Part shown: positions 7,891 to 17,498 of the stretch, in pieces
How the letters are laid out: every line of letters begins with the position of its first letter
How positions within the stretch are numbered: position 1 is the first letter of the stretch
Origin: a virus
Taxonomy: Duplodnaviria > Heunggongvirae > Uroviricota > Caudoviricetes
DNA: 37,187 nt
Strand: one strand, 5' to 3'
Virus record (IMG/VR): IMGVR_UViG_3300014204_000132
Position numbers and translations under genes: made by a program
The notes under the pieces: generated by a model
Database searches by the model: none
What the model saw: only the letters and a program-made list of their open reading frames with translations
Told to the model about the DNA's origin: nothing

Positions 7891-9132
7891 ATGGGTTCAT
7901 TATCAACAAACGAACAAAGAAAACTGGCATATTTTCATGCATTAAGTAAAACAATGACTGAGGGTACACAAGAAGTGTATGAAACTCGCTATAAGTCATC
8001 TCACAATGTTACATTAAATGAAGTATGGGCAGATAATATATATTTTGCTGCTGATTATTCTACTGCTGTTGCAGAATCATTGGTTAATTCAGCAGTAACA
8101 CTATTTGAACAAGTAGAAATGGATATGATTTACGGTTCAAATGGTCAAGCTTATTCTTATATTTCAGGTGGTACATACAAAGATTCATCTTATCCTTTAT
8201 TAGAACGTGGACAATTAACATCAGGTGCTACCTATATAAGACCTTGGATTGCACCAACTGATATACCAAACCCAACTACAAATGACCCAAGTAATGGTTA
8301 TACTGTTCGACTTTTTAGGGGTAACAGTACTGAAATATACTTGACAGAAGGTGCATGGGCGGTTGATTATTATGCAGGTGTTATTCACTTTGCACAAGGA
8401 TATACACCATCTGATATGGGATGGGGTGCTATAAAGGCTACATTTTTCCAATATTCAGGGAATTATGGTGCTTCTACTGATGCATTTACATCAGCACAAT
8501 TTAATTCTGGAACAAGTCAATTGGTTTTTAATTCAGGTGAAACAACTCAGACAATATTAGATTTAAGTTCGCTGAGTAATTTAAGTGGGTTTACAACTGC
8601 AATATTTGATAATTTAACAAATCATTTAATTTTTAATTCTGGTGGAACTAACCAAACTATTGTTGATTTAAGTTGGTTAAAAGATAATAGTGGATTTACA
8701 TCAGTTGAATTCAATTCTGGTAGTAATTATTTGATTTTTAATTCTGGTGGAACTAACCAACAGATAGTTGATTTAACAAGTTTAAAAAGTATTACTGGAT
8801 TAACCAGTTTGTTATCCAATTTTAATATTGATATGCCAGCCAATACCACAGATTCTGGTTCTACTTTAGCTTGTGGTGTAACATTATTAAATAATTCCAT
8901 AACCAATTCATATGTATCAGTTTATGTAAATGGTATACAAGTTACGGTTGGTGATAGTGTCAAAACGAAAGATTGTTATTTTAGTTCTGATGGTGGCACA
9001 ACAGCTAAACCATCTGATAACGTTACAATTGGAGATTCATTATATTGGAGTTATATTGGTAATAGTCCTGTTTCAGGTTTCGATTTAAATGCACTTACTG
9101 ATAAAATAACTTTTATATATTTGACATTATAA
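7891..9132 (+). CDS. Putative virion fibre protein, module B1 (paralog of 13341-15446)
   Basis: N-terminal ~195 aa align with ORF 13341 (EGAWAVDYYAGVIHF vs QGDWLVDNEAGVLTF); three 35-aa repeats; shared C-terminal domain. Confidence 0.6.
   Translation: MGSLSTNEQRKLAYFHALSKTMTEGTQEVYETRYKSSHNVTLNEVWADNIYFAADYSTAVAESLVNSAVTLFEQVEMDMIYGSNGQAYSYISGGTYKDSSYPLLERGQLTSGATYIRPWIAPTDIPNPTTNDPSNGYTVRLFRGNSTEIYLTEGAWAVDYYAGVIHFAQGYTPSDMGWGAIKATFFQYSGNYGASTDAFTSAQFNSGTSQLVFNSGETTQTILDLSSLSNLSGFTTAIFDNLTNHLIFNSGGTNQTIVDLSWLKDNSGFTSVEFNSGSNYLIFNSGGTNQQIVDLTSLKSITGLTSLLSNFNIDMPANTTDSGSTLACGVTLLNNSITNSYVSVYVNGIQVTVGDSVKTKDCYFSSDGGTTAKPSDNVTIGDSLYWSYIGNSPVSGFDLNALTDKITFIYLTL
8485..8799 (+). repeat. Three in-frame 105-bp (35-aa) repeats
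   Basis: FTSAQFNSG..LVFNSG...ILDLSSL / FTTAIFDN..LIFNSGGTNQTIVDLSWL / FTSVEFNSG..LIFNSGGTNQQIVDLTSL, starting at 8485, 8590 and 8695. Confidence 0.85.
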
Positions 9133-9650
9133 TGAAAAACTTCAATCAATACATCAATTATTTAACTGAGAATAAAACTAAAAAAGTTTTTTTAAATCAG
9201 CAATTTATAAAAGATTTTGAAGGGAGTAAAGTTGTTGATACACTTGGAAACCCAATATTAATGCATCATGGTGGTTCATATAGTAATGGTGATTTTAAAG
9301 GAACTGGTTGGTTTACAAGAAGTAAAAATGATGCTAAATATTATGCTAAACAAAATTTTGGGAATATAACTTCCGCTTATATAGTAATAAAAAACCCACT
9401 TTTTTCTGGTAATATAGCACATTTAGGTTTTAAAATGACAAAAGAAATAAAAGATTCTTGTGAAAAGAGGAATCTAAATAATGCTATAAAAGTTGAAAAC
9501 AGTATTATTCAATTTATTGAAACAAATGGCGCAGTATTAATAGCAAAGGATATTTTATGTGATGGTGTGATTGATTTACACGATGAACAAATAATTGATG
9601 TTGTTATTTTTGAAAGTAGTCAGATATTACAACCAGTAAAATATTTATAA
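9132..9650 (+). CDS. ADP-ribosyltransferase-like protein (ART-PolyVal type)
   Basis: SKVVDTLGNPILMHHGG, GWFT...AKYYA, AYIVIKNP, DGVI and VVIFESSQI follow the SKVVD..G.P..YHG / G.YFT / YL...NP / YDG / VVF...QI pattern. Confidence 0.65.
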   Translation: MKNFNQYINYLTENKTKKVFLNQQFIKDFEGSKVVDTLGNPILMHHGGSYSNGDFKGTGWFTRSKNDAKYYAKQNFGNITSAYIVIKNPLFSGNIAHLGFKMTKEIKDSCEKRNLNNAIKVENSIIQFIETNGAVLIAKDILCDGVIDLHDEQIIDVVIFESSQILQPVKYL

Positions 9651-9653
9651 ATA

Positions 9654-10721
9654 ATGATAACTAAATTTCACACTTTTATAAATGAGGCTGTCGATAATAA
9701 AATTATATTATATCGAGGTGATTCCACCTATATCGATAATTTTAACTATGAAAAATTTGAAGCTACTGCTATCTATGGTCTTGGTTTATATCTAACAGAT
9801 AATAAGCGAGTAGCATATACCTATACATTAAAAGGTGATAATTCTTCGGTTGTCACAGAGGTTTTTCCAAGTTCGGAAAAACAAAGGGATGCTGAATTAT
9901 GTTTTGTCATAGAAAAACTTCTAAATGAAGTCAATGGTACAAATATATCCGATGATGAATTATATGATATTTTTAAGACATTAAGTATTTATGAATTTGG
10001 TTATGGAAAAGAATTAATAGAAAGATATAAACAGGGTGATAAATTATTTTGGATGAGAAAAGACCTTGCTGATAAATTAACACCTGAAGAACGTGAAGAA
10101 AAAATTAAGGATGGTGGTTATATTTCAAATTCCAATATGGAAGAACGAATTAAAAAATTAGAAGATGTTCATAAAAAATATGATATTTTAATAAATAAAG
10201 CGTTGACTTATTATAAAACAGTTAGAAAAAATTACGATTTCTTATATGATGGTAATGAAGGCTGGAGAGTGGTCAGTAAAGAAAAAAACGTTGGACATAT
10301 TAGTGAGTTCTCGGTTAATCCAGAAGTAATAAATAATTGTTACAATGCAAACACACCTATGTCAGATGAAATAATTAGCATTTTAAGAAAAATGGTTAAT
10401 CGTTATTTGAAAAGTGAAAAAATGAAAAATTATTTAAAAAAACATTATTACTATAAATATAATTTTAAATATTTTATGTCATATATTACTGACCATCAAA
10501 ATAAAAATAATATAACTCTGGCTAATTTTTTATATGAAAATAGTGTTTTTAGAAATAAAGATACTCATTTTGAACCAAAAGATTGGAATTATTTCATTTC
10601 TGAAATGAAAAATTTAGGATATAAAGGTATTGTATACGATGGTGGAGAACATTTAAATTCACCAATAAAACATAAAGCATATGTTATGTGGAATTTGAAT
10701 GATGTGGAAAGAATAAAATAA
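9654..10721 (+). CDS. ADP-ribosyltransferase-like protein with a large internal insertion
   Basis: ILYRGD, YGLGLYLTDN..VA..Y, and C-terminal GYKGIVYDG...AYVMWN. Confidence 0.55.
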   Translation: MITKFHTFINEAVDNKIILYRGDSTYIDNFNYEKFEATAIYGLGLYLTDNKRVAYTYTLKGDNSSVVTEVFPSSEKQRDAELCFVIEKLLNEVNGTNISDDELYDIFKTLSIYEFGYGKELIERYKQGDKLFWMRKDLADKLTPEEREEKIKDGGYISNSNMEERIKKLEDVHKKYDILINKALTYYKTVRKNYDFLYDGNEGWRVVSKEKNVGHISEFSVNPEVINNCYNANTPMSDEIISILRKMVNRYLKSEKMKNYLKKHYYYKYNFKYFMSYITDHQNKNNITLANFLYENSVFRNKDTHFEPKDWNYFISEMKNLGYKGIVYDGGEHLNSPIKHKAYVMWNLNDVERIK

Positions 10722-10743
10722 ATATAACATAAATAAAAATCTT

Positions 10744-10775
10744 AAAGGGGTGCTGGAAACAGCATCCCTTTTTTT
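10744..10775 (+). terminator. Intrinsic terminator with GAAA tetraloop
   Basis: AAAGGGGTGCTG-gaaa-CAGCATCCCTTT plus T tract. Confidence 0.9.
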
Positions 10776-10786
10776 ATTTTTTTAAT

Positions 10787-10795
10787 TAATATATA
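10787..10795 (+). promoter_or_regulatory. TAATATATA motif (putative late promoter)
   Basis: Exact motif 18 nt before the TTG start at 10814. Confidence 0.6.
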
Positions 10796-10813
10796 AAAAG
10801 AAAAATATTCTCA

Positions 10814-11548
10814 TTGAAATATCTCAAAACATTTGAACAATATGATAGCGAAGAATTGAGAGGAAAGATTGGCGATACTTTCAATAAAGATGCTTTAAAA
10901 GATTTGGTTAAATTAGAACCATATAAAAATAAATTTAATTATGGTTCATATCATGGTAAGGATTCTGGGTATTTAAATGATTTAATTTACAATGCCATGC
11001 ACGGAAAAATAGATACCACTGGTATGATTGAAGAAATATACAAATTATTATTAAAAGAAATTCCAGAATTTAGAACATATAAAATAGAAAAAGAACATTT
11101 TGAAGATAATAATTTCTTTTTGAATCTTAAAAAAGAAATTCCTATAAAAAAATCCAAGTTGGATGATGAATATTCAATAAAAATAAATTTATGGATTAAA
11201 TATCACACTAAAAATGATGATATTTTCTCATATGAAGAAGATAAAATTCTTGTGTTATTTGTACCAGATATAACAGTTACAAGAACTTCTTACCCTTTAT
11301 ATAAAAATGATAAAAATAACGATTTAGGTGAAATAGAATCTGATAATGGTATGGATAATTTCATAAATAAATTACAAAAAAAACTGTATGGTAAACCAGA
11401 TAAAGAAGATATGGAATTTATTAAAAAGTTTGAAATTAATAAAGATAATTTAACGTTAGGAAATTTTTTAAAATTGTTACCAACTATAAAAAACAATTTA
11501 AAAGACTTCAGTCATTACGTAAATTATAAATATGATATTTTGATTTGA
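10814..11548 (+). CDS. Hypothetical protein with capsid-targeting-like N-terminus (TTG start)
   Basis: 244-aa ORF starting KYLKTFEQYDSE; no domain recognised. Confidence 0.65.
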   Translation: MKYLKTFEQYDSEELRGKIGDTFNKDALKDLVKLEPYKNKFNYGSYHGKDSGYLNDLIYNAMHGKIDTTGMIEEIYKLLLKEIPEFRTYKIEKEHFEDNNFFLNLKKEIPIKKSKLDDEYSIKINLWIKYHTKNDDIFSYEEDKILVLFVPDITVTRTSYPLYKNDKNNDLGEIESDNGMDNFINKLQKKLYGKPDKEDMEFIKKFEINKDNLTLGNFLKLLPTIKNNLKDFSHYVNYKYDILI

Positions 11549-11584
11549 AAAAATAAAAATGGTAAAAAAAATAAAAATTTAGTT

Positions 11585-11593
11585 TAATATATA
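11585..11593 (+). promoter_or_regulatory. TAATATATA motif (putative late promoter)
   Basis: Exact motif 48 nt before the ATG at 11642. Confidence 0.5.
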
Positions 11594-11641
11594 CAGTCAA
11601 GAATGTAAATTTTATAAAGTATAAAAAATAAAAATATAAAA

Positions 11642-13297
11642 ATGCCTAAAATTCAAGGAAAACAATTAGCTGAAAGTACGATAACACAAGATTTATTGAA
11701 TTTATCTACTCCATTATCTGGTGACACACTATCTGGTGCAACAGTGGAATATGTTAATAACGCACTAACATCTGTGAGTGGTTCTACTGTTATTGGTCAA
11801 GCTGAAGACGGTGCTTATACTGATGGTATATTCACAGACTTCACTCCCAATACTCCTGTTGGAACTGCTGTTGATAGATTTAACGAAGTGTTATTACTAT
11901 TAGCACCAACTCCACCTTCTAATAGCTGGGATAATGTTTTTTCAAGTTTAACATTAAGTGGAACTTTATATTCAGCAAGGGCTTTAACAACAGGTAGTGC
12001 GGTTTCCAATATTACAGTGGTATCAACACCAACAATTAGTTTAACAAACAATGTTGGTATATCTGATGCTGCTAAAGCATTACCAACTGGTATAAACACT
12101 TTAACTTTCATATTAAGTGATAGTGTAAATGGAACACTTGAAACAGAAGTTATAAATTCTGGTAGTACAGGTAATGCATCTGGATATATACAATATACAG
12201 TTGCTGACCCATATGATGGTCAATCTGGAAAACAAGGATTCTGGACTGGTGTGACAGCATTTTCAGTTGCTGGTGATAATACTCCAGCTTTATCAACAAG
12301 TGCTACACAACACACATTAACTTATACACACCCGGGCTCGGATTCACCCGAAACATTTAATTATTATTATGATACACCTGCAACTGTTACTATTGGAACT
12401 ATTTCTGCTACTATTCCTACTATGACAAGATATATTAGTGGTGTTCCATCTTTAGCAACTGGTGATGTTGTTACAGATATCGGTTTTGATATCAATAACG
12501 TTGCAAGTTATTTTTATGCTGCAACTTCAGTATGGCAATTAAATGCTGGGATAGTTGGTGGTTCAACTGGTGACCCAGATTCTACACCAACAACAAATGG
12601 TGAAACAGGAGTTGTAACGAACAAAACTGCAACAGTTTTAACTTCTCAATATAGCGATACATCTTTCAGTTTTACTGTAAGAGGTAGAAACTTTGCTGGT
12701 ACTTATGGTGGTACTACTACATATTCAAATAGTGCATATAGAGTTGATACAGTTTCAGTTGAAACTGCTCGTAAAATTTCTGGTTCGGGTTCTTACCCTG
12801 CTGGTGGATGGGGTGGTACTTTTGATTCTACTCAATCATTGGTTGATACATATCTCGATGAATTGATGTTGAAAAATAATATTTATCAATATCCTTCTGT
12901 GGATTATACTGCATTCGGTGGCCCGAATTATGATACTGCTACTGGAACACGTTGGGTAACTTTCAATCTTGGTACATTCACAAACAATGCTGCATTTACA
13001 TTGAACTTTATTGGGTCAACTGGTATTTCAGTTATTTATGGTCAAGCTAACTTATTAGTTGAAGTAAAAATATCAGGTGCTACATCTTGGGTTGATGGTG
13101 ATGCTGCTTATAGTGGTAGTGGCAACCCGGGTTCAGGTGCTGATGGTGTAGCTGCTGTCGTAGTTGGTACTTCAACTGCTACTGAAAGAAGAATAACCTT
13201 TGGTTCAATAACATATTCTGGAGCAATTATAGTTAGAATAGGTTTAACTGGTTCAGGAGTAACTTTTACTGGTTTAACAGCAACAAGCTTAGTATAA
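11642..13297 (+). CDS. Putative virion fibre/appendage protein, module A2
   Basis: Starts MPKIQGKQL, is T/S/G-rich, and its C-terminus (FDSTQSL...YP..DYTAF..PNY...GTRW..F) aligns with ORF 5919 (WDSTISL...YP..NFTAY...PNY...GDKY..F). Confidence 0.6.
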   Translation: MPKIQGKQLAESTITQDLLNLSTPLSGDTLSGATVEYVNNALTSVSGSTVIGQAEDGAYTDGIFTDFTPNTPVGTAVDRFNEVLLLLAPTPPSNSWDNVFSSLTLSGTLYSARALTTGSAVSNITVVSTPTISLTNNVGISDAAKALPTGINTLTFILSDSVNGTLETEVINSGSTGNASGYIQYTVADPYDGQSGKQGFWTGVTAFSVAGDNTPALSTSATQHTLTYTHPGSDSPETFNYYYDTPATVTIGTISATIPTMTRYISGVPSLATGDVVTDIGFDINNVASYFYAATSVWQLNAGIVGGSTGDPDSTPTTNGETGVVTNKTATVLTSQYSDTSFSFTVRGRNFAGTYGGTTTYSNSAYRVDTVSVETARKISGSGSYPAGGWGGTFDSTQSLVDTYLDELMLKNNIYQYPSVDYTAFGGPNYDTATGTRWVTFNLGTFTNNAAFTLNFIGSTGISVIYGQANLLVEVKISGATSWVDGDAAYSGSGNPGSGADGVAAVVVGTSTATERRITFGSITYSGAIIVRIGLTGSGVTFTGLTATSLV

Positions 13298-13340
13298 AAA
13301 TTTATTATAAAGATAAAACAAAAAATAATATAGATTAAAA

Positions 13341-15446
13341 ATGGCTTTAACAACCGACCAAAAATCAAGTAGGCTCTTTAAAAAGTCGTTGGGTGCATCA
13401 GAAACATTAACAACGAGGGACTTTTTTGAAGAACCCAGATTAGGGAAATCATCAATATTACCAACTCAAATATGGGCAGAAGCGAGTCAAATACCAATAC
13501 CTGCCCCTACACTTACCAACGCACAGATAGACGGTGTTGTTCAATATTTTGAAAAACTCGCACTATCACATGTATCAGGTTCTGCTGGTAAAGCGTTTTA
13601 TCACGCATCATTAAAAGATAGTATAACCTTCAATTTTGATACAGGTGGTACATATAACTATTCTTTATATAAAAGTGATGGTACAACTGTTATTCCATTT
13701 GGGCAAGGTGATTGGTTAGTAGATAATGAAGCTGGCGTTCTAACGTTTTATGGTACATTACCATCGGCTGTTACAGACGTTTTACCTCCACAAATAACCT
13801 TTTATAAATATGTTGGTGCATTGGGTTTACCATCTGGCTCAACGGCAGGGTTAAATGTCCATGAAGCTGTTAAATTTGCTACAACAGGTCAAACTGATGC
13901 AACATATTCAACTGCAACGTCTGGATTTACAACTTTACCATCAGATGTAGATGGTGCAATATCATTTAACGAAGGTGATAGATTATTAATAAAAAATCAA
14001 GCCGTAGAATATGAAAACGGTGTTTATGTAGTAAGTGGTACTACACTTGTAAGGGCTGAAGATTCTAATGGACAACCATTTGGTGAAGTATCATTGAACG
14101 ATTATGTTTTTGTAACATCGGGTGAAACTAATGTTGCGACATCTTGGGTTATTAGTAATTCAAGTTCATTAAATTCACAAGGTTATATTACTGTTGGTGT
14201 TGATAGTCAGGTTTGGACAATTTTTGCTACAAGTAAAGCTTATACTGCTGATGGAAATGCACTTAAATTAAATGGTGATATTTTTTCTGTTGAATTAAAT
14301 GAAACTGAATTTAGTGGTACTACTTTTCATAATTATAATTCTGGTTTATATCAGAGTGTTGATGGTTTAAGACTTGCAACACCAGTGGTTACAGATATTT
14401 TTGCGTTGAGTGCTACAACTGAATCCTTAACAAGTAGTATTTCATCTTTAGAAACTGAAATTAGTACTGGTGTTTCTTCATTAACAACTGCTATAAGCAA
14501 TTCTATAACAGGTTTAACATCATTAGAAACAGAATTATCAAATTTCATTACAGGTAATACCTATGATGATACTTCTTTGTCTACTGCAATTTCAACTGAA
14601 TCATCAACAAGAGCTGGTGGTGATACATCGTTAGAAACAGTAATTAACAATCTAAGTGGTGTTACTGCTCAGACTGCTGGTTCTGGTTTAACTTATAATG
14701 ATAATGGTAATCAGGAATTAAACGTTAGTGTTGATGGTGTGACTATCGAAATTTCGACTAACACTTTACAAATTACAACTGGTTATACAACATCATTAGA
14801 AACATCAATTGGGAACGCTGTAACAGGATTAACATCTTTAGAAACTGTAATATCAACAAATAGTTCGACTATTACGGTATTAAGTAGTGAAACTACTTCG
14901 TTATCTACTGCATTATCAAATGTAATAACAGGTAATACTTATGATGATACTTCTTTATCTACTGCTATTTCAACTGAAATATCAAATAGATTATCTGGTG
15001 ATACATCATTAGAAACTGTAATTAACAATTTAAGTGGTGTTACTGCTCAGACTGCTGGTTCTGGTTTAACATATAATGATAATGGCAATCAGGAATTAAA
15101 CGTAAATGTTGATAACTATACATTAAAAATAGTTAATGATGAGTTGAGAGGTTCACAAATCTGGATTCAATCAACATATTCAGCAACAATAGTTACTGGT
15201 ACAACTGGCTCAACTGGTTTAGTTTTAACATACGAACCAATAACTCCAGTACAAGCAAGTATTAACGGTGTTGAATATTTAATAAGTATGTCAACTTCAA
15301 GCCAAACTAACATGCCATTTTATTTTAATGCTTTCCCTGCCGTCCAAGGTTCAACCTTATTTTATGATGCAACGGAAGGTGGGTTTGGAATAGAATCGGG
15401 TATTGATTTAATTGTAATTAAATACTCATATATCTCATTGGTTTAG
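13341..15446 (+). CDS. Putative virion fibre protein, module B2, with SLST-type coiled-coil segments
   Basis: N-domain shared with ORF 7891. GDRLLIKNQ...ENGVYVV...YVFV domain shared with ORF 17499. TSLSTAISTE repeats and the shared C-terminal domain. Confidence 0.65.
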   Translation: MALTTDQKSSRLFKKSLGASETLTTRDFFEEPRLGKSSILPTQIWAEASQIPIPAPTLTNAQIDGVVQYFEKLALSHVSGSAGKAFYHASLKDSITFNFDTGGTYNYSLYKSDGTTVIPFGQGDWLVDNEAGVLTFYGTLPSAVTDVLPPQITFYKYVGALGLPSGSTAGLNVHEAVKFATTGQTDATYSTATSGFTTLPSDVDGAISFNEGDRLLIKNQAVEYENGVYVVSGTTLVRAEDSNGQPFGEVSLNDYVFVTSGETNVATSWVISNSSSLNSQGYITVGVDSQVWTIFATSKAYTADGNALKLNGDIFSVELNETEFSGTTFHNYNSGLYQSVDGLRLATPVVTDIFALSATTESLTSSISSLETEISTGVSSLTTAISNSITGLTSLETELSNFITGNTYDDTSLSTAISTESSTRAGGDTSLETVINNLSGVTAQTAGSGLTYNDNGNQELNVSVDGVTIEISTNTLQITTGYTTSLETSIGNAVTGLTSLETVISTNSSTITVLSSETTSLSTALSNVITGNTYDDTSLSTAISTEISNRLSGDTSLETVINNLSGVTAQTAGSGLTYNDNGNQELNVNVDNYTLKIVNDELRGSQIWIQSTYSATIVTGTTGSTGLVLTYEPITPVQASINGVEYLISMSTSSQTNMPFYFNAFPAVQGSTLFYDATEGGFGIESGIDLIVIKYSYISLV
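14550..15113 (+). repeat. Internal ~186-bp duplication (14550-14735 and 14928-15113; offset 378 bp)
   Basis: GNTYDDTSLSTAISTE...DTSLETVINNLSGVTAQTAGSGLTYNDNGNQELNV occurs twice, with near-identical DNA. Confidence 0.9.
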
Positions 15447-15470
15447 ACCAAGTTAAGCTCAATACACATA

Positions 15471-15499
15471 AAAAAAGAGGGATTATTTCCCTCTTTTTT
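15471..15499. terminator. Bidirectional intrinsic terminator between convergent genes
   Basis: AAAAAAGAGGGA-ttatt-TCCCTCTTTTTT, with an A tract on one side and a T tract on the other. Confidence 0.9.
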
Positions 15500-15531
15500 C
15501 ATTTAAAGCTTACACTTAACATAATTAAAAA

Positions 15532-15885
15532 TTAACCCTTACTCCCCAAATTATTATACATATCGTTAATATTCATTTCCAATATAATATTATCACATTC
15601 GTTAAATATTAATCTGACATCTTCATATACCATTTGTGTATCAAGTGATATTTCGATATCATCTAATAAAAATTTACGAATTATCGTTTTATTATCAGTG
15701 GTATCTGAAGGTATAAAATGTGTTTTAATACTTTCATGTGATAGATTTTCAAATCCAGATACCACCTTGTTATTAGTTACTATATTATTTATTTGTGGAT
15801 TTTGAATTTTTATAATTCGTATTTCTTGTATTAGAAAATCTAATGCTTCATTCTTATTCTGAATATCGAGAGTAATTGTGTCCAT
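15532..15885 (-). CDS. Hypothetical protein
   Basis: 117-aa ORF ending near the bidirectional terminator; no motif recognised. Confidence 0.6.
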   Translation of the reverse strand: MDTITLDIQNKNEALDFLIQEIRIIKIQNPQINNIVTNNKVVSGFENLSHESIKTHFIPSDTTDNKTIIRKFLLDDIEISLDTQMVYEDVRLIFNECDNIILEMNINDMYNNLGSKG

Positions 15886-15960
15886 TATTCAAACCTTTTT
15901 TATTGATTATAGTTGATAAATATAAAATTGTTTTATTTTTTATAGGAAACCGATGTAATA

Positions 15961-15969
15961 AAATATATA
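15961..15969 (+). promoter_or_regulatory. AAATATATA variant of the putative late promoter
   Basis: 19 nt before the ATG at 15989. Confidence 0.45.
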
Positions 15970-15988
15970 GAAGAAAAAATATTTAAAT

Positions 15989-17110
15989 ATGAATATCGGT
16001 ATTTCTTTCGGAGTCAATGATAATAAATTTAATATATGGTCAGATGGTGAAATTCAAAAAATTTTTTTTCTCTATTTTCTATTAAAAAAAATACCAGATG
16101 TAAATACATATATTGTAAATTTTGGTGTGCCAATTGATACTTTGGATACTGACATTCCAGATTTATTTAAAAATGTTGAGTTTGTAGACCCAGTAAATGA
16201 TATACATTTTGATTTGTTCATAGAAATGGGTAAAAAATTATCTAATGAGTATTTTACCGTATTAAAATTATGTAAAACAAAAATTGTATTATTTAAAATT
16301 GAAAATGCTTTTATTTCTGATTCGGAAGACATTCTTTTTGAGAATAAAAAAAGTATTATAGCATACGATGATTATGACGAAATATGGTCGTTCTCTAATA
16401 ATGAAAAATTAAATAAATATTATTTAGAAAATCTTTATAAAAAGGAAGTTAAATTCTTGCCTTATATATGGGATAATTTTTTCATTAAGAAATATGAAGA
16501 AAGTATGATTGATAATGATGTCAAACTACAATATAGTGATGTCAAATATAATAGGAAAAATAGAGGGGGTGTCGATATAACCATATTCGAAGAAAATAAT
16601 ACTATTTTAAAAAATTCACTTCATTCTATATTATTGGTTGAGAAGTTATACAATTTAAGACCCGAACTTATAGATAAGGTCAGAGTATTAAATTCTTATA
16701 AATTTTATAAAAATCCAAGATTTTTATCATTTGTTAACACATTAAAATTAAAACAGGATAATAAAATAACATTTGAAGAAAGATATACAACACCATTTAT
16801 TCTGAGTAATTATACAGATATAGTTGTATCTAATCAATTTGAAAATGATTTAAGTAATACATATTTTGATTGTTTATATACTAAATTCCCGTTAGTACAT
16901 AATTCTCCTAAAATAAACACTTTATATTATTATCCAGAATTTAATTTATCTGAGGGAAGTAATAAATTATTACAGGCCATAACAAAACATCAAAGTTTTG
17001 TCAATAAATACAATGACCAATGTGATAACATATTAAATATTTACTCTATTGATAATGAAAACATTATTGAAGAATATGAAAAGTGTATATTTAATATAAT
17101 TAAATCCTAA
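15989..17110 (+). CDS. DUF2827-like protein, divergent copy (putative GT-B fold)
   Basis: IWSDGEIQ, LPYIWD, IFEENN and DIVVSNQFENDL..TYFDCLY..FPLVHNS align with ORFs 19554 and 21199. Confidence 0.65.
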   Translation: MNIGISFGVNDNKFNIWSDGEIQKIFFLYFLLKKIPDVNTYIVNFGVPIDTLDTDIPDLFKNVEFVDPVNDIHFDLFIEMGKKLSNEYFTVLKLCKTKIVLFKIENAFISDSEDILFENKKSIIAYDDYDEIWSFSNNEKLNKYYLENLYKKEVKFLPYIWDNFFIKKYEESMIDNDVKLQYSDVKYNRKNRGGVDITIFEENNTILKNSLHSILLVEKLYNLRPELIDKVRVLNSYKFYKNPRFLSFVNTLKLKQDNKITFEERYTTPFILSNYTDIVVSNQFENDLSNTYFDCLYTKFPLVHNSPKINTLYYYPEFNLSEGSNKLLQAITKHQSFVNKYNDQCDNILNIYSIDNENIIEEYEKCIFNIIKS

Positions 17111-17114
17111 AAAC

Positions 17115-17381
17115 ATGAAAAAAATATCTGATAATACATATTTAATAGAAGGTAATCTTTATGCAAAAAGTGATGTTAGAATATATCCTTCTTTAGTAGA
17201 AAAAAATATACTCCATGTTAAGGGTGACGTGATAGCTTATGCTAATAAACCAAATAATATGAAACCTGAAGATGTGTGGGTTGATGATTTAGACGAAATT
17301 GATTTAAAATTTTATGATATTGTAGCTTTCAGTGATTTCATAATCCGACCACCCAAATTATCAGTTTTTACTCCTTTATAA
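17115..17381 (+). CDS. Small hypothetical protein
   Basis: 88-aa ORF 4 nt after the preceding stop; function unclear. Confidence 0.6.
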   Translation: MKKISDNTYLIEGNLYAKSDVRIYPSLVEKNILHVKGDVIAYANKPNNMKPEDVWVDDLDEIDLKFYDIVAFSDFIIRPPKLSVFTPL

Positions 17382-17442
17382 TCATATTTCTGAATATTAT
17401 TTTTTATACACATTTTATAAAAAAAAAATCTATTTTTTTATT

Positions 17443-17451
17443 TAATATATA
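17443..17451 (+). promoter_or_regulatory. TAATATATA motif (putative late promoter)
   Basis: Exact motif 47 nt before the ATG at 17499. Confidence 0.5.
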
Positions 17452-17498
17452 ATATCAAATTATGTAATAAATAATACAAAAAATAATATGATTTTAAT

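Noticed and set aside
7713-17381. KKIS(E/D)NxY shared by the small ORFs at 7713 and 17115
   Set aside because: Only ~8 residues, with no similarity beyond them; plausible by chance in K/N/I-rich proteins.
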